Shown: positions 10,573 through 19,283, numbered from the stretch's first letter. The stretch: 32,000 bases of DNA from Methylorubrum extorquens (GCA_900234795.1 LT962688.1:3960001-3992000), one strand, 5' to 3'. The notes: generated from the sequence alone by a model not told the origin. Translations and numbers: made by a program.

Positions 10573-11534
10573 CGCATCGCGCCGCACGGATCGGCCTGCT
10601 CACGCCCGCCGCGCTGATCGGCGGGGCAGCGCTCGCCATCGCCGCCCACCGGCCCGGTCTGGCCGGCGCGGCGGGGCCGGGCTTCTGGCTCGCCGCGTTC
10701 CTGGTCTGGCTCGCCGCCACGCTGGCCGCGCGCGACCTCGCCGCCCTGGAGCCGGGCACGGCGGCCGGCCGCCGCCTCGTGCGCCTAGCCGTGCCGCTGC
10801 TGTTCGGCGTCCTCGTGCTGGTGCTGTGGGAGGTCGTCGTCGTGGGCGCAGGCGTGCCCGCCGTGCTGATGCCGCCGCCCTCGGCGATCGCCGCGCGCTT
10901 CGCCACGGCGCTGCCCGTCCTCGGGGCGGATTTCGTCCAGACCTGCCTGAAGTCGGCCCTGCCGGGCTACGTCATCGGCTGCCTGTCGGGCCTCGGCGTC
11001 GCGATCCTCGCCGACCGGCTGCCCGTGCTCGGGCGCGGCCTCCTGCCGGTGGCGAACGTCGCCTCGGCGCTGCCGATCGTCGGCATCGCCCCGATCATGG
11101 TGATGTGGTTCGGCTTCGACTGGCCGTCGAAGGCCGCGGTGGTCGCCGTGATGACCTTCTTCCCGATGCTGGTTCAGGCCGGCGCCGGCCTCGCCGCCAC
11201 GGGTTCGATCGAGCGCGACCTGATGCGCACCTACGCGGCGGGCTATGCGCGCACGCTCCTGAGCCTGCGCCTGCCCATGGCCCTGCCCTTCCTGTTCACC
11301 GCCCTGAAGGTCAACGCGACGCTCGCGCTGATCGGGGCGATCGTGGCCGAGTTCTTCGGCACGCCCATCGTCGGCATGGGCTTTCGCATCTCGATCGAGG
11401 CGGCGCGGCTCTCCCTCGACATGGTCTGGGCCGAGATCGCCCTGGCAGCCCTGGCGGGGTCGGCCTTCTACGGCCTCATCGCCCTGGCCGAGCGCGCCGC
11501 GACCGGCTGGCACCCATCGGTGCGCGCCGGCTGA
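10569..11534 (+). CDS. ABC transporter permease 2
   Basis: ATGA overlap with permease 1. It is a paralogue of permease 1, with the loop ERDLMRTYAAGYARTLLSLRLPMALPFLFTALKVN, and is hydrophobic throughout. Confidence 0.85.
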   Translation: MTHRAARIGLLTPAALIGGAALAIAAHRPGLAGAAGPGFWLAAFLVWLAATLAARDLAALEPGTAAGRRLVRLAVPLLFGVLVLVLWEVVVVGAGVPAVLMPPPSAIAARFATALPVLGADFVQTCLKSALPGYVIGCLSGLGVAILADRLPVLGRGLLPVANVASALPIVGIAPIMVMWFGFDWPSKAAVVAVMTFFPMLVQAGAGLAATGSIERDLMRTYAAGYARTLLSLRLPMALPFLFTALKVNATLALIGAIVAEFFGTPIVGMGFRISIEAARLSLDMVWAEIALAALAGSAFYGLIALAERAATGWHPSVRAG

Positions 11535-11623
11535 CGGCGGGGTCCGCCCGCATCCGTTCGAAACAACCACGGCCGAAGGCCGCAGGGGAAAGTCCCGAAG
11601 GGGACAGGTTGAAGGAGGCTGAG

Positions 11624-12736
11624 ATGGCGGGGAAAACGGCGGGGAAAACGATGAGAGCGCTCCTCTGCGCCGGGGCGGCGCTGCTCGGGCTCGCCGCGGG
11701 CGGCGCGCAGGCGGCGGAGCGGGTGACGCTCCAGCTCAAATGGGTGCCCCAGGCGCAGTTTGCCGGCTACTACGTCGCGCAGGCCAAGGGCTTCTACAAG
11801 GAGGCCGGCCTCGACGTGACGATCAAGCCGGGCGGACCCGACGTGGCCCCGCCCCAGGTCATCGCGGGCGGCGGCGCCGACGTCGTCGTCGATTGGATGC
11901 CCTCGGCGCTCGCCTCGCGCGAGAAGGGCGTGCCGCTCGTCAACATCGCGCAGCCGTTCAAGAAATCGGGCCTGATGCTGACCTGCCGCGCCGACACCGG
12001 CATCAAGTCGCCCGCCGACCTGAAGGGACGGACGCTCGGCGTTTGGTATGCCGGCAACGAGTACCCGTTCCTGGCCTGGATGGCCAAGCTCGGCCTCAAG
12101 ACCGACGGCTCGCCCGGCGGCGTGACGGTGCTGAAGCAGGGCTTCAATGTCGATCCGCTGATCCAACGCCAAGCCGACTGTGTCTCGACCATGAGCTACA
12201 ACGAGTATTGGCAGGTGATCGATGCCGGCTTCAAGCCGGAGCAGCTCGTCGTCTTCCGCTACGAGGACCAGGGCGTCGCCGCGCTCGAGGACGGGCTCTA
12301 CGCCCTCGAATCCAAGCTGAAGGACAAGGCCTTCGTCGCCCGGCTGGCGAAGTTCGTGGCGGCCTCCGAGAAGGGCTGGGCCTATGCCGCCGCGCATCCG
12401 GACGAGGCGGCCGAGATCGTGCTGGAGAACGACGCCAGCGGCGCCCAGACCGAGACGCACCAGAAGCGGATGATGCGCGAGATCGCCGAGCTGCTCGACA
12501 CCTCCGGCGGCCGGCTCGACCCCGCCGATTACGAGCGCACCGTCGCGATCCTGCTCGCCGGCGGCACCGACCAGCCCGTCATCACCCGCAAGCCCGAGGG
12601 GGGCCTGGACGCATGCGGTGACCGCAACCCTAGGGCAGTAGGCCCAGCGCAGGGGTTGCCGATGGATCCCCTCTCCCCGCAAGCGGGGAGAGGGGATTCC
12701 CGCGGACCCGGAAATGACCATCCGGAAACCGTGTAA
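11624..12736 (+). CDS. ABC transporter substrate-binding protein, NMT1/THI5-like (3' end doubtful; see findings)
   Basis: A strong SD (gaaggagg) lies 5 nt before ATG 11624. The signal peptide is MRALLCAGAALLGLAAGGAQAA. The mature protein, ERVTLQLKWVPQAQFAGYYVAQAKGFYKEAGLDV..., is typical of NMT1/THI5-type SsuA-like binding proteins. As written, the ORF reads through a palindromic repeat to 12736. An alternative frame after a G6 run ends at 12641. Confidence 0.8.
   Translation: MAGKTAGKTMRALLCAGAALLGLAAGGAQAAERVTLQLKWVPQAQFAGYYVAQAKGFYKEAGLDVTIKPGGPDVAPPQVIAGGGADVVVDWMPSALASREKGVPLVNIAQPFKKSGLMLTCRADTGIKSPADLKGRTLGVWYAGNEYPFLAWMAKLGLKTDGSPGGVTVLKQGFNVDPLIQRQADCVSTMSYNEYWQVIDAGFKPEQLVVFRYEDQGVAALEDGLYALESKLKDKAFVARLAKFVAASEKGWAYAAAHPDEAAEIVLENDASGAQTETHQKRMMREIAELLDTSGGRLDPADYERTVAILLAGGTDQPVITRKPEGGLDACGDRNPRAVGPAQGLPMDPLSPQAGRGDSRGPGNDHPETV
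12666..12697. repeat. Perfect 15-bp inverted repeat (REP-like palindromic element), atcccctctccccgc-aa-gcggggagaggggat
   Basis: Read directly. The apex, cGCAAg, can form a GNRA-type tetraloop. It is preceded by a second imperfect hairpin (gcaaccc 12624-12630 / gggttgc 12653-12659). Confidence 0.75.
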
Positions 12737-12781
12737 GCTCCGGCTTCCGCCGTTGGATAGGAACTTGCGAGCCGGCCTCCG

Positions 12782-13599
12782 ATGGATCTCGACACGATCA
12801 CCGCCGTCCTGAGACCGGCGCGCCTCGACGAGTTGCCCCCCCCTGGCGCGAGGGCGATGCCTGGCTCGCGGGCGGGACATGGCTGTTCTCCGAGCCGCAG
12901 CCCGCCCTGGCCCGGCTGATCGACCTGTCCGCCCTGCGATGGCCGGCGGCCGAGCTGTCCGAGGCGGGCCTTCGCCTGTCGGCGACCGGCACCATCGCCG
13001 AACTCGACCGGCTCGCCCTGCCGCGGGATTGGATCGCGGCTCCGCTCGTCGGGCAATGCTGCCGGGCGCTGCTCGGCTCGTTCAAGATCTGGAACCGCGC
13101 GAGCGTCGGCGGCAACCTCTGCATGGCCCTGCCCGCCGGCCCGATGATCGCGCTGACCGCGGCGCTCGACGGCACCTGCCTGCTGCGCCGGCCCGATGGC
13201 GGCGAGCGCCGCCTGCCCGTCACAGAGTTCATCCTCGGGCCGCAGCGCACGGCGCTCGCCTCCGGCGAGATCCTGCGCGGCATCGATATTCCGGCTTCCG
13301 CGCTGCGGCGGCGCACGGCCTTCCGCCGCATCACCCTCTCCCCCGAGGGCCGCTCCGGGGCGCTGGTGATCGGGACGCGCGACCGGGCCGGCGCCTTCGC
13401 GCTGACCGTGACGGCCTCGACGCCGCGCCCGGTCCAGCTCCCTTTCGCAGCCGTGCCGACGGCGGCGGCCCTGCAGCAGGCGATCGCGGCGGCGATCCCC
13501 GAGGACGGCTGGTACGACGACGTCCATGGCGCCCCGGATTGGCGCCGGCACGTCACCGGGCGGCTCGCCGAAGAGATCCGGGAGGAACTCGCCCGATGA
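12782..13599 (+). pseudogene. FAD-binding (medium) subunit of a xanthine-dehydrogenase-family molybdoenzyme, frame broken at a C8 run (12836-12843)
   Basis: ATG 12782 gives MDLDTITAVLRPARLDELPPP. The frame then runs into nonsense and a TGA. The homologous continuation, WREGDAWLAGGTWLFSEPQPALARLIDLSAL...SFKIWNRASVGGNLCMALPAGPMIALTAAL...DDVHGAPDWRRHVTGRLAEE, is in the -1 frame and ends at 13599. Nine Cs (or six) would give one ORF of about 272 aa. Confidence 0.8.
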
Positions 13600-16376
13600 G
13601 GCTCACCGTCAACGGGCAGATCCAGGAGGCCGCAGCCCGGCCCGGCCAATGCCTGCGCACGCTGCTGCGGGATCTCGGCTGGTTCGGGGTCAAGAAGGGC
13701 TGCGATGCGGGCGATTGCGGCGCCTGCACCGTCCATCTCGACGGCGAGCCGGTCCATTCCTGCCTCATGCCCGCCTTCCAGGCGGAGGGGCGCGGCGTCA
13801 CCACGATCGAGGGGCTCGCCGGCCCTTGCGCGCCCGTTGACGCGGCGCCCGAACATCTCCACCCGATGCAGGAGGCGTTCTGCGCCGCGCAGGGCTTCCA
13901 GTGCGGCTTCTGCACGCCGGGCATGATCATGACGGCGGCCGCCCTCGACCAGGGCCAGCGGCAGGATCTCGGCACGGCGCTCAAGGGCAATCTCTGCCGC
14001 TGCACCGGCTACCGGGCGATCCGCGACGCCGTGGCCGGGATCGCGCATGCCGACGCTTCGCAGACGGCGGAGGGCGGCCCGGTCGGCCGCAGCCTGCCGG
14101 CTCCGGCGAGCCGCGCCCTCGTCTCCGGCCGGACTGCCTACACCTTCGACACCGCCGTGCCGGGTCTGCTGCACCTGAAGGTGCTGCGCGCGCCCCACGC
14201 CCATGCCCGCATCCGCAGCATCGACCGCGCGGCGGCGCTGGCGGTGCCCGGCGTGGTCGCGGTGCTCACCCACGAGGACGCGCCGCGGCGCCGTTTCTCG
14301 ACCGGGCGGCACGAGAACCCTTTCGATGACGCCGCCGACACGGGCGTGCTCGATTCCGTGATCCGCTTCCACGGGCAGCGCGTCGCGGCGGTGGTCGCCG
14401 AGAGCGCCGCGGCGGCGACCATGGGCGTGCAAGCGCTGCGGGTGAAATACGACGTGCGGCCCGCCGTGTTCGATCCGGAGGCGGCCTTGCACCCGGACGC
14501 GCCCCTCGTCCACGATCCCGCCGACCGCGACCCGCCGCGGCCCGGCGACGATGCGCCCCCGCTCCTCGCGCACCCGAACCTCGCCGCGGAGGCGCACGGC
14601 GCGATCGGCGATGTCGAGGCGGGCTTCGGCCAAGCCGACCGGATCCACGAGGCGGAATACGTCTCGCAGCGGGTGCAGCACGTGCATCTCGAAACACACG
14701 GCGCGCTCGGCTGGCTCGACGCGGAGGGCCGGCTGACCCTGCGCTCCTCGACGCAGGTGCCCTTCCTGACCCGCGACGCCCTGTGCCGCCTGTTCGATCT
14801 CGACCGGGACCGGGTGCGCGTGCTCTGCGGCCGGGTCGGCGGCGGCTTCGGCGGCAAGCAGGAGATGCTGACCGAGGATCTCGTGGCCCTCGCCGTGCTG
14901 CGGACCGGCCGCCCGGTCTCCTACGAGATGACCCGCGAGGAGAACTTTTGCGCGGCGACGACGCGCCATCCGATGCGGGTGCGGGTGAAGGTCGGCGCGC
15001 GGGCCGACGGGCGCCTCACCGCGCTTTCGCTGAAAGTGCTCTCGAACACCGGCGCCTACGGCAACCATGCCGGCGGCGTGCTGCACCACGGCTGCAACGA
15101 GAGCATCGCCGCCTATGCCTGCCCGAACAAGCGGGTGGAGGGCTACGCCGTCTATACCCATACCCTGCCGGCCGGGGCCTTTCGCGGGTACGGCCTGAGC
15201 CAGACGATCTTCGCCGTGGAATCGGCGCTGGACGAACTGGCCCGTGATCTCGGGATCGACCCGTTCGCGATGCGCCGCCTCAACGCGGTGCGGCCCGGCG
15301 ACCCGATGGTGTCGACGAGCCTGGAGCCGCACGACGTGATCTACGGCTCCTACGGGCTCGACCAGTGCCTCGACCTCGCGCAGGCCGCCCTGGCGGATGG
15401 CAGCGGCGAGGCGGCGCCGGGGCCGGACTGGCGCGTCGGCGAGGGCATGGCGATGGCGATGATCGACACGATCCCGCCGCGCGGCCATGTCGCCCATGCC
15501 CGCATCCGCCTCGAACCGGACGGGACCTATGCCCTCGCGGTCGGCACCGCCGAATTCGGCAACGGCACCAGCACCGTGCACGGGCAAATCGCCGCCGAGG
15601 TGCTCGGCACCACGCCCGAGCGCATCCGCCTGATCCAGGCCGACACCGATGCCGTCCGGCACGATACCGGCGCCTACGGCAGCACGGGCACCGTGGTCGC
15701 CGGACAGGCGAATTTCCGCGCGGCCACGGCGCTCGCCGATCAGCTTCGCGCCGCCGCCGCCGAGCGGTCCGGCGTCGGCGCGCACGCGTGCCGCCTGACT
15801 CGCGACGGCGTCGCGACACCCGCCGGGCTCGTCTCCCTGACCACCCTCGCACAGGGCGCCGCCTTTGAGGCCGCGGGCGAGGCCGACGGGACGCCGCGCT
15901 CGGTCGCTTTCAACGTCCAGGCCTTTCGTGTGGCCGTTCATCCGCAGACCGGCGAGATCCGCATCCTCAAGAGCATTCAGGCGGCGGATGCCGGCCGGGT
16001 CATCAACCCGATGCAGTGCCGCGGGCAGATCGAGGGCGGGGTGGCGCAGGCACTCGGCGCGGCCCTCCATGAGGACTATCGCTTCGACGAAGCGGGCGCG
16101 GTCGTCACGCGGACCTTGCGCAGCTACCACATCCCGGCGATGGCCGACGTGCCGGTGACCGAGGTCCTGTTCGCCGACACCCACGACACGGTCGGTCCGC
16201 TGGGCGCGAAATCGATGAGTGAGGCGCCCTACAACCCCGTCGCCGCCGCCTTGGGCAACGCGATCCGCGACGCCACCGGTGTGCGGCTGACCGCGACGCC
16301 GTTCGCCCCCGACCGGATCTTTCGACAGGTCATGGCGGCGCAAGAGAACGAGGAACAGGAGATTGCGGAGGCATGA
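13596..16376 (+). CDS. Xanthine-dehydrogenase-family protein with fused [2Fe-2S] and molybdopterin-binding subunits
   Basis: ATGA overlap with the FAD subunit gene. The N-terminus carries CDAGDCGACTV and CGFCTPG...CRCTGY (two 2Fe-2S sites). These are followed by the aldehyde oxidase/XDH hammerhead and the Moco domains, with GGGFGGKQEML (nt 14838-14864) and a C-terminal GAKSMSEAP. Length 926 aa. Confidence 0.9.
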   Translation: MRLTVNGQIQEAAARPGQCLRTLLRDLGWFGVKKGCDAGDCGACTVHLDGEPVHSCLMPAFQAEGRGVTTIEGLAGPCAPVDAAPEHLHPMQEAFCAAQGFQCGFCTPGMIMTAAALDQGQRQDLGTALKGNLCRCTGYRAIRDAVAGIAHADASQTAEGGPVGRSLPAPASRALVSGRTAYTFDTAVPGLLHLKVLRAPHAHARIRSIDRAAALAVPGVVAVLTHEDAPRRRFSTGRHENPFDDAADTGVLDSVIRFHGQRVAAVVAESAAAATMGVQALRVKYDVRPAVFDPEAALHPDAPLVHDPADRDPPRPGDDAPPLLAHPNLAAEAHGAIGDVEAGFGQADRIHEAEYVSQRVQHVHLETHGALGWLDAEGRLTLRSSTQVPFLTRDALCRLFDLDRDRVRVLCGRVGGGFGGKQEMLTEDLVALAVLRTGRPVSYEMTREENFCAATTRHPMRVRVKVGARADGRLTALSLKVLSNTGAYGNHAGGVLHHGCNESIAAYACPNKRVEGYAVYTHTLPAGAFRGYGLSQTIFAVESALDELARDLGIDPFAMRRLNAVRPGDPMVSTSLEPHDVIYGSYGLDQCLDLAQAALADGSGEAAPGPDWRVGEGMAMAMIDTIPPRGHVAHARIRLEPDGTYALAVGTAEFGNGTSTVHGQIAAEVLGTTPERIRLIQADTDAVRHDTGAYGSTGTVVAGQANFRAATALADQLRAAAAERSGVGAHACRLTRDGVATPAGLVSLTTLAQGAAFEAAGEADGTPRSVAFNVQAFRVAVHPQTGEIRILKSIQAADAGRVINPMQCRGQIEGGVAQALGAALHEDYRFDEAGAVVTRTLRSYHIPAMADVPVTEVLFADTHDTVGPLGAKSMSEAPYNPVAAALGNAIRDATGVRLTATPFAPDRIFRQVMAAQENEEQEIAEA

Positions 16377-17746
16377 CGGCGGCACCGGCCCGGATGCGGG
16401 CGATCCGCGGACCGGCGGTGAGCCTGACCGGCAACCCGTTCCTGAGCGAGGGCTGCCTCCAGCACGTGGCCGACGCGCTGATCCTGATCGAGGACGGGCG
16501 CATCACCGCCTTCGGCGACTTCTCCGACCTGGCAGATCAGATCCCGGCGGGCGTGGCGGTGACAGCCTACGAGAACGCCCTGATCCTGCCCGGCCTGATC
16601 GACACCCACGTCCATTATCCGCAATTGCAGATGATCGCCTCCTACGGCGAGCAGCTGCTGGCCTGGCTCGAGAAGTACACCTTTCCCGCCGAGTTGCAGT
16701 TTGCCGATCAGGCCCATGCCGAGCGGGTGGCCAAGTTGTTCTTCCGCGAGATCCTGGGGGCGGGCACCACCACGGCGGTGGTCTATTGCACGGTCCATCC
16801 CGGCTCGGTCGAAGCGTTCTTCGCCGAGTCGGCCCGCTTCAACACCCGGATGATCGCCGGCAAGGTCCTGATGGACCGCAACGCCCCGGCCAGGCTCCTC
16901 GACACGGCCCAGCGCGGCTACGATGAGAGCCGGGCCCTGATCGACCGCTGGCACGGGCGCGGGCGCCAGTATTACTGCGTCACCCCGCGCTTTGCCCCCT
17001 CCTGCACGCAAGCCCAGCTCGACGCCGCCGGCGCGCTGATGCGGGAGCACGACGACCTCTTCCTCCAGACGCATCTGTGCGAGAACACCGACGAGATCGC
17101 CTGGGTGCGCGAGCTGTTCCCCGACCGGGCGAGCTACCTCGACGTCTACGTGCAGTCCGGCCTCGTCGGCCCGCGCACGGTGCTCGGCCACGCGATCCAC
17201 CTGTCGGAGGAGGATTTCTGCACCTGCCACGCCAGCGGCGCGGCGATCGCCCATTGCCCGACCTCGAACGGCTTCCTCGGCAGCGGCCTATTCCGGCTGT
17301 TCGATGCCCTCGATCCGCGCCGGCCGGTGCGGGTCGGGCTCGGCACCGATGTCGGCGCCGGCACGACCCTGTCGCTGCTGAAGACGCTCGGAGAATCCTA
17401 CAAGGTCGCGGCGCTCCGCGGCACCCGGCTCGACGCGGTCCGGGCGTTCTGGCTCGCGACGCTGGGCGGCGCCGAGGCACTGCGGCTGGACGACCGGATC
17501 GGACGGATCGCGCCGGGACACGATGCGGATCTCTGCGTGCTCGACCTCGCCGCGACGCCGCTCCTGGGCTTCCGCACCGGCACCTGCGCCAGCATCGAGG
17601 AGTTGCTGTTCGTACTGATGACGCTCGGCGACCACCGCACGGTGCGCGCGACCTGGGTGGCGGGCGAGCCGGTCTACGACAACCGGCGCGCAGGCGACCC
17701 GCTGGTCTATCCGGAGACGGACGGGGCCACAGGTCTCAGCGCCTGA
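16373..17746 (+). CDS. guaD: Guanine deaminase
   Basis: ATGA overlap with the molybdoenzyme gene. The amidohydrolase signature is PGLIDTHVHYPQLQMIASYGEQLLAWLEKYTFPAE...LQTHLCEN..EI.WV...HAIHLS...HCPTSN..LGSG...VGLGTDVGAG, the typical guanine deaminase pattern. Confidence 0.9.
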   Translation: MTAAPARMRAIRGPAVSLTGNPFLSEGCLQHVADALILIEDGRITAFGDFSDLADQIPAGVAVTAYENALILPGLIDTHVHYPQLQMIASYGEQLLAWLEKYTFPAELQFADQAHAERVAKLFFREILGAGTTTAVVYCTVHPGSVEAFFAESARFNTRMIAGKVLMDRNAPARLLDTAQRGYDESRALIDRWHGRGRQYYCVTPRFAPSCTQAQLDAAGALMREHDDLFLQTHLCENTDEIAWVRELFPDRASYLDVYVQSGLVGPRTVLGHAIHLSEEDFCTCHASGAAIAHCPTSNGFLGSGLFRLFDALDPRRPVRVGLGTDVGAGTTLSLLKTLGESYKVAALRGTRLDAVRAFWLATLGGAEALRLDDRIGRIAPGHDADLCVLDLAATPLLGFRTGTCASIEELLFVLMTLGDHRTVRATWVAGEPVYDNRRAGDPLVYPETDGATGLSA

Positions 17747-17759
17747 AACTCGTCGCCGG

Positions 17760-18683
17760 TCAGGCCGCCCGCGCCGCCGCCTCGCGCTCCGCCTGCTCGA
17801 CGAGGCGGCGGATCAGCCAGCGCCCGGCCGGTCCCGGGGGATGGTCGGTGCGGTAGATCACGGTGAGCGGCAGCCGGCGGCGCCGGACCTCGTGCAGGCT
17901 CAGCTCGACGAGGCGGCCGGCGGCGATGTCCGCCTCGACCATGTGCGCGGGCATGCTGCCCCAGCCGATCCCGGCGAGCAGCAGGGTGTGCTTGGTGCTC
18001 AGGTCCGACAGCCGCCACGTGCGGCTGGCCACCACGCCGAATTCCTGGTCCTGCGACAGCGGCGAGCGGTCGGTGATGACGAGCTGGATATGCTCGCGCG
18101 CCGCCCCCGGCACGAGGCCGTCCGCCCCGGCAAGGGGATGGTTCGGCGCGGCCACGGGCAGCATCTCGACCTCGCCCACGGAGATCAGTTCGAGCGGGTC
18201 GCTGTCGCGGGTCCACAATTCCACGGTGATCCCGAGATCGGCGCGGCCATCGGTGACGAATTGCTGCGCCGCCCCGAGCGCCTCGACGTTGAGGCGCAGG
18301 GACACGGTCGGGAAGGCGGCCTGGAACGCGGTGAGCGCATCGACGAGCCGGGCGCCGGGCATCAGCACGCTCGACACGAAGCCGAGTTCGGCTTCGAGTC
18401 CGCCGAGCAGGCCGCTGACCTTGGCCCGCAGCGCGTCGATGCCGTGGGCGACGGTGCGGGCCTCCGCCAGCACGGCCCGGCCGCCTTCGGTGAGCTGGGG
18501 CCGGCGCGTCGCCTCGCGGTCGAACAGGGACAGGCCGAGCTGAAGCTCCAGATTGGCGATCGTGTAGCTGATGACCGAGGTCGCACGGTTCAGCCGGCGC
18601 CCGGCCGCGGCGAAGCTGCCGGTCTCCACCACGGTGAGGAAGACCCGGAGTTGGTCGAGTGTCGGCGTCCCCGGTCCCTGCAT
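17760..18683 (-). CDS. LysR-family transcriptional regulator
   Basis: From ATG 18683 it reads MQGPGTPTLDQLRVFLTVVETGSFAAAGRRLNRATSVISYTIANLELQLGLSLFDR, followed by a LysR substrate-binding domain (307 aa). It converges on guaD with a 13-nt gap. Confidence 0.85.
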   Translation of the reverse strand: MQGPGTPTLDQLRVFLTVVETGSFAAAGRRLNRATSVISYTIANLELQLGLSLFDREATRRPQLTEGGRAVLAEARTVAHGIDALRAKVSGLLGGLEAELGFVSSVLMPGARLVDALTAFQAAFPTVSLRLNVEALGAAQQFVTDGRADLGITVELWTRDSDPLELISVGEVEMLPVAAPNHPLAGADGLVPGAAREHIQLVITDRSPLSQDQEFGVVASRTWRLSDLSTKHTLLLAGIGWGSMPAHMVEADIAAGRLVELSLHEVRRRRLPLTVIYRTDHPPGPAGRWLIRRLVEQAEREAAARAA

Positions 18684-18760
18684 GCGCTCTGCCCCCAGCC
18701 CGGCGGCCCGCCGCGGCGAGAACCCCGACAAGCAAGCGCGAAGCCGCGGCCGAAAACGAC

Positions 18761-18792
18761 CGAAGCCGGCCCTTGAAAAAGGGCCGGCTTCG
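18761..18792 (-). terminator. Rho-independent terminator downstream of the small gene at 18865-19095
   Basis: A perfect 14-bp stem, cgaagccggccctt / aagggccggcttcg, with a 4-nt loop. On the minus strand it is followed by GTCGTTTTCGG. Confidence 0.6.
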
Positions 18793-18864
18793 GGAGGCGC
18801 GAATTCGGGACCGGTCTTCCGCCAGGGTCTCCCCGGCGGGCTGGCGCTTCGCTCGGGGCGCTCC

Positions 18865-19095
18865 TTAGCGCGTGTGATGCGTCCGCCGCACCGAGCCGGT
18901 GGTCAGGTCGGCGCCCGCCGGCAGGGTTCCGAAGCGGGTGTCGCGGGCCGTGGGGCGCTGGACGGCGCCGACGTCGTCAGCGAGGCCGCCCGGGGCGGTG
19001 ACGGCGGGGATGCCTGCCGGGGCATTGTAGCTCTGGGCCGAGGCGGCGGTGGTGAGGGCGAGGGCGAGAACGGAAGCGGTGAGGATGCGGGTCAT
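18865..19095 (-). CDS. Small secreted protein of unknown function (paralogue A, 76 aa)
   Basis: GGAG lies 7 nt upstream of ATG 19095. The signal peptide is MTRILTASVLALALTTAASA/QSYNAPAGIPAVTAPGGL.... It has its own terminator and shares an 83-bp module with the gene at 19357-19605. Confidence 0.6.
   Translation of the reverse strand: MTRILTASVLALALTTAASAQSYNAPAGIPAVTAPGGLADDVGAVQRPTARDTRFGTLPAGADLTTGSVRRTHHTR
18981..19063. repeat. 83-bp repeat copy 1 (81/83 identical to 19488-19570)
   Basis: Direct alignment of cgaggccgcccggggcggtgacggcggggatgcc[t/g]gccggggc[a/g]ttgtagctctgggccgaggcggcggtggtgagggcgagg. The repeat encodes the end of the signal peptide plus the first ~18 mature residues. Confidence 0.85.
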
Positions 19096-19283
19096 GGGAT
19101 ACTCCATCGGTGGGTGGCGGGCGGTTCGTCCGTCATCTGATGGAGTGAAGATGGACCTGCGCGAGCTTTCCGAAAACTGGAATAAGCTCGAACGAAACGT
19201 TCGAGAAAGTTGAAAAGCTGGAGGTGAGTCTTCGGCCCCGGCGAGGCCGACCCCGTTCGAAACCGGGCGCGTGGGCCAAGGAA

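Noticed and set aside
12798-16385. 1195-aa ORF on the minus strand, antisense to the molybdoenzyme genes
   Set aside because: Its Arg/Gly/Ala/Pro-rich, low-complexity translation has no recognisable motifs. It is exactly antisense to a strongly supported 926-aa gene. Long antisense ORFs are expected at about 70% GC.
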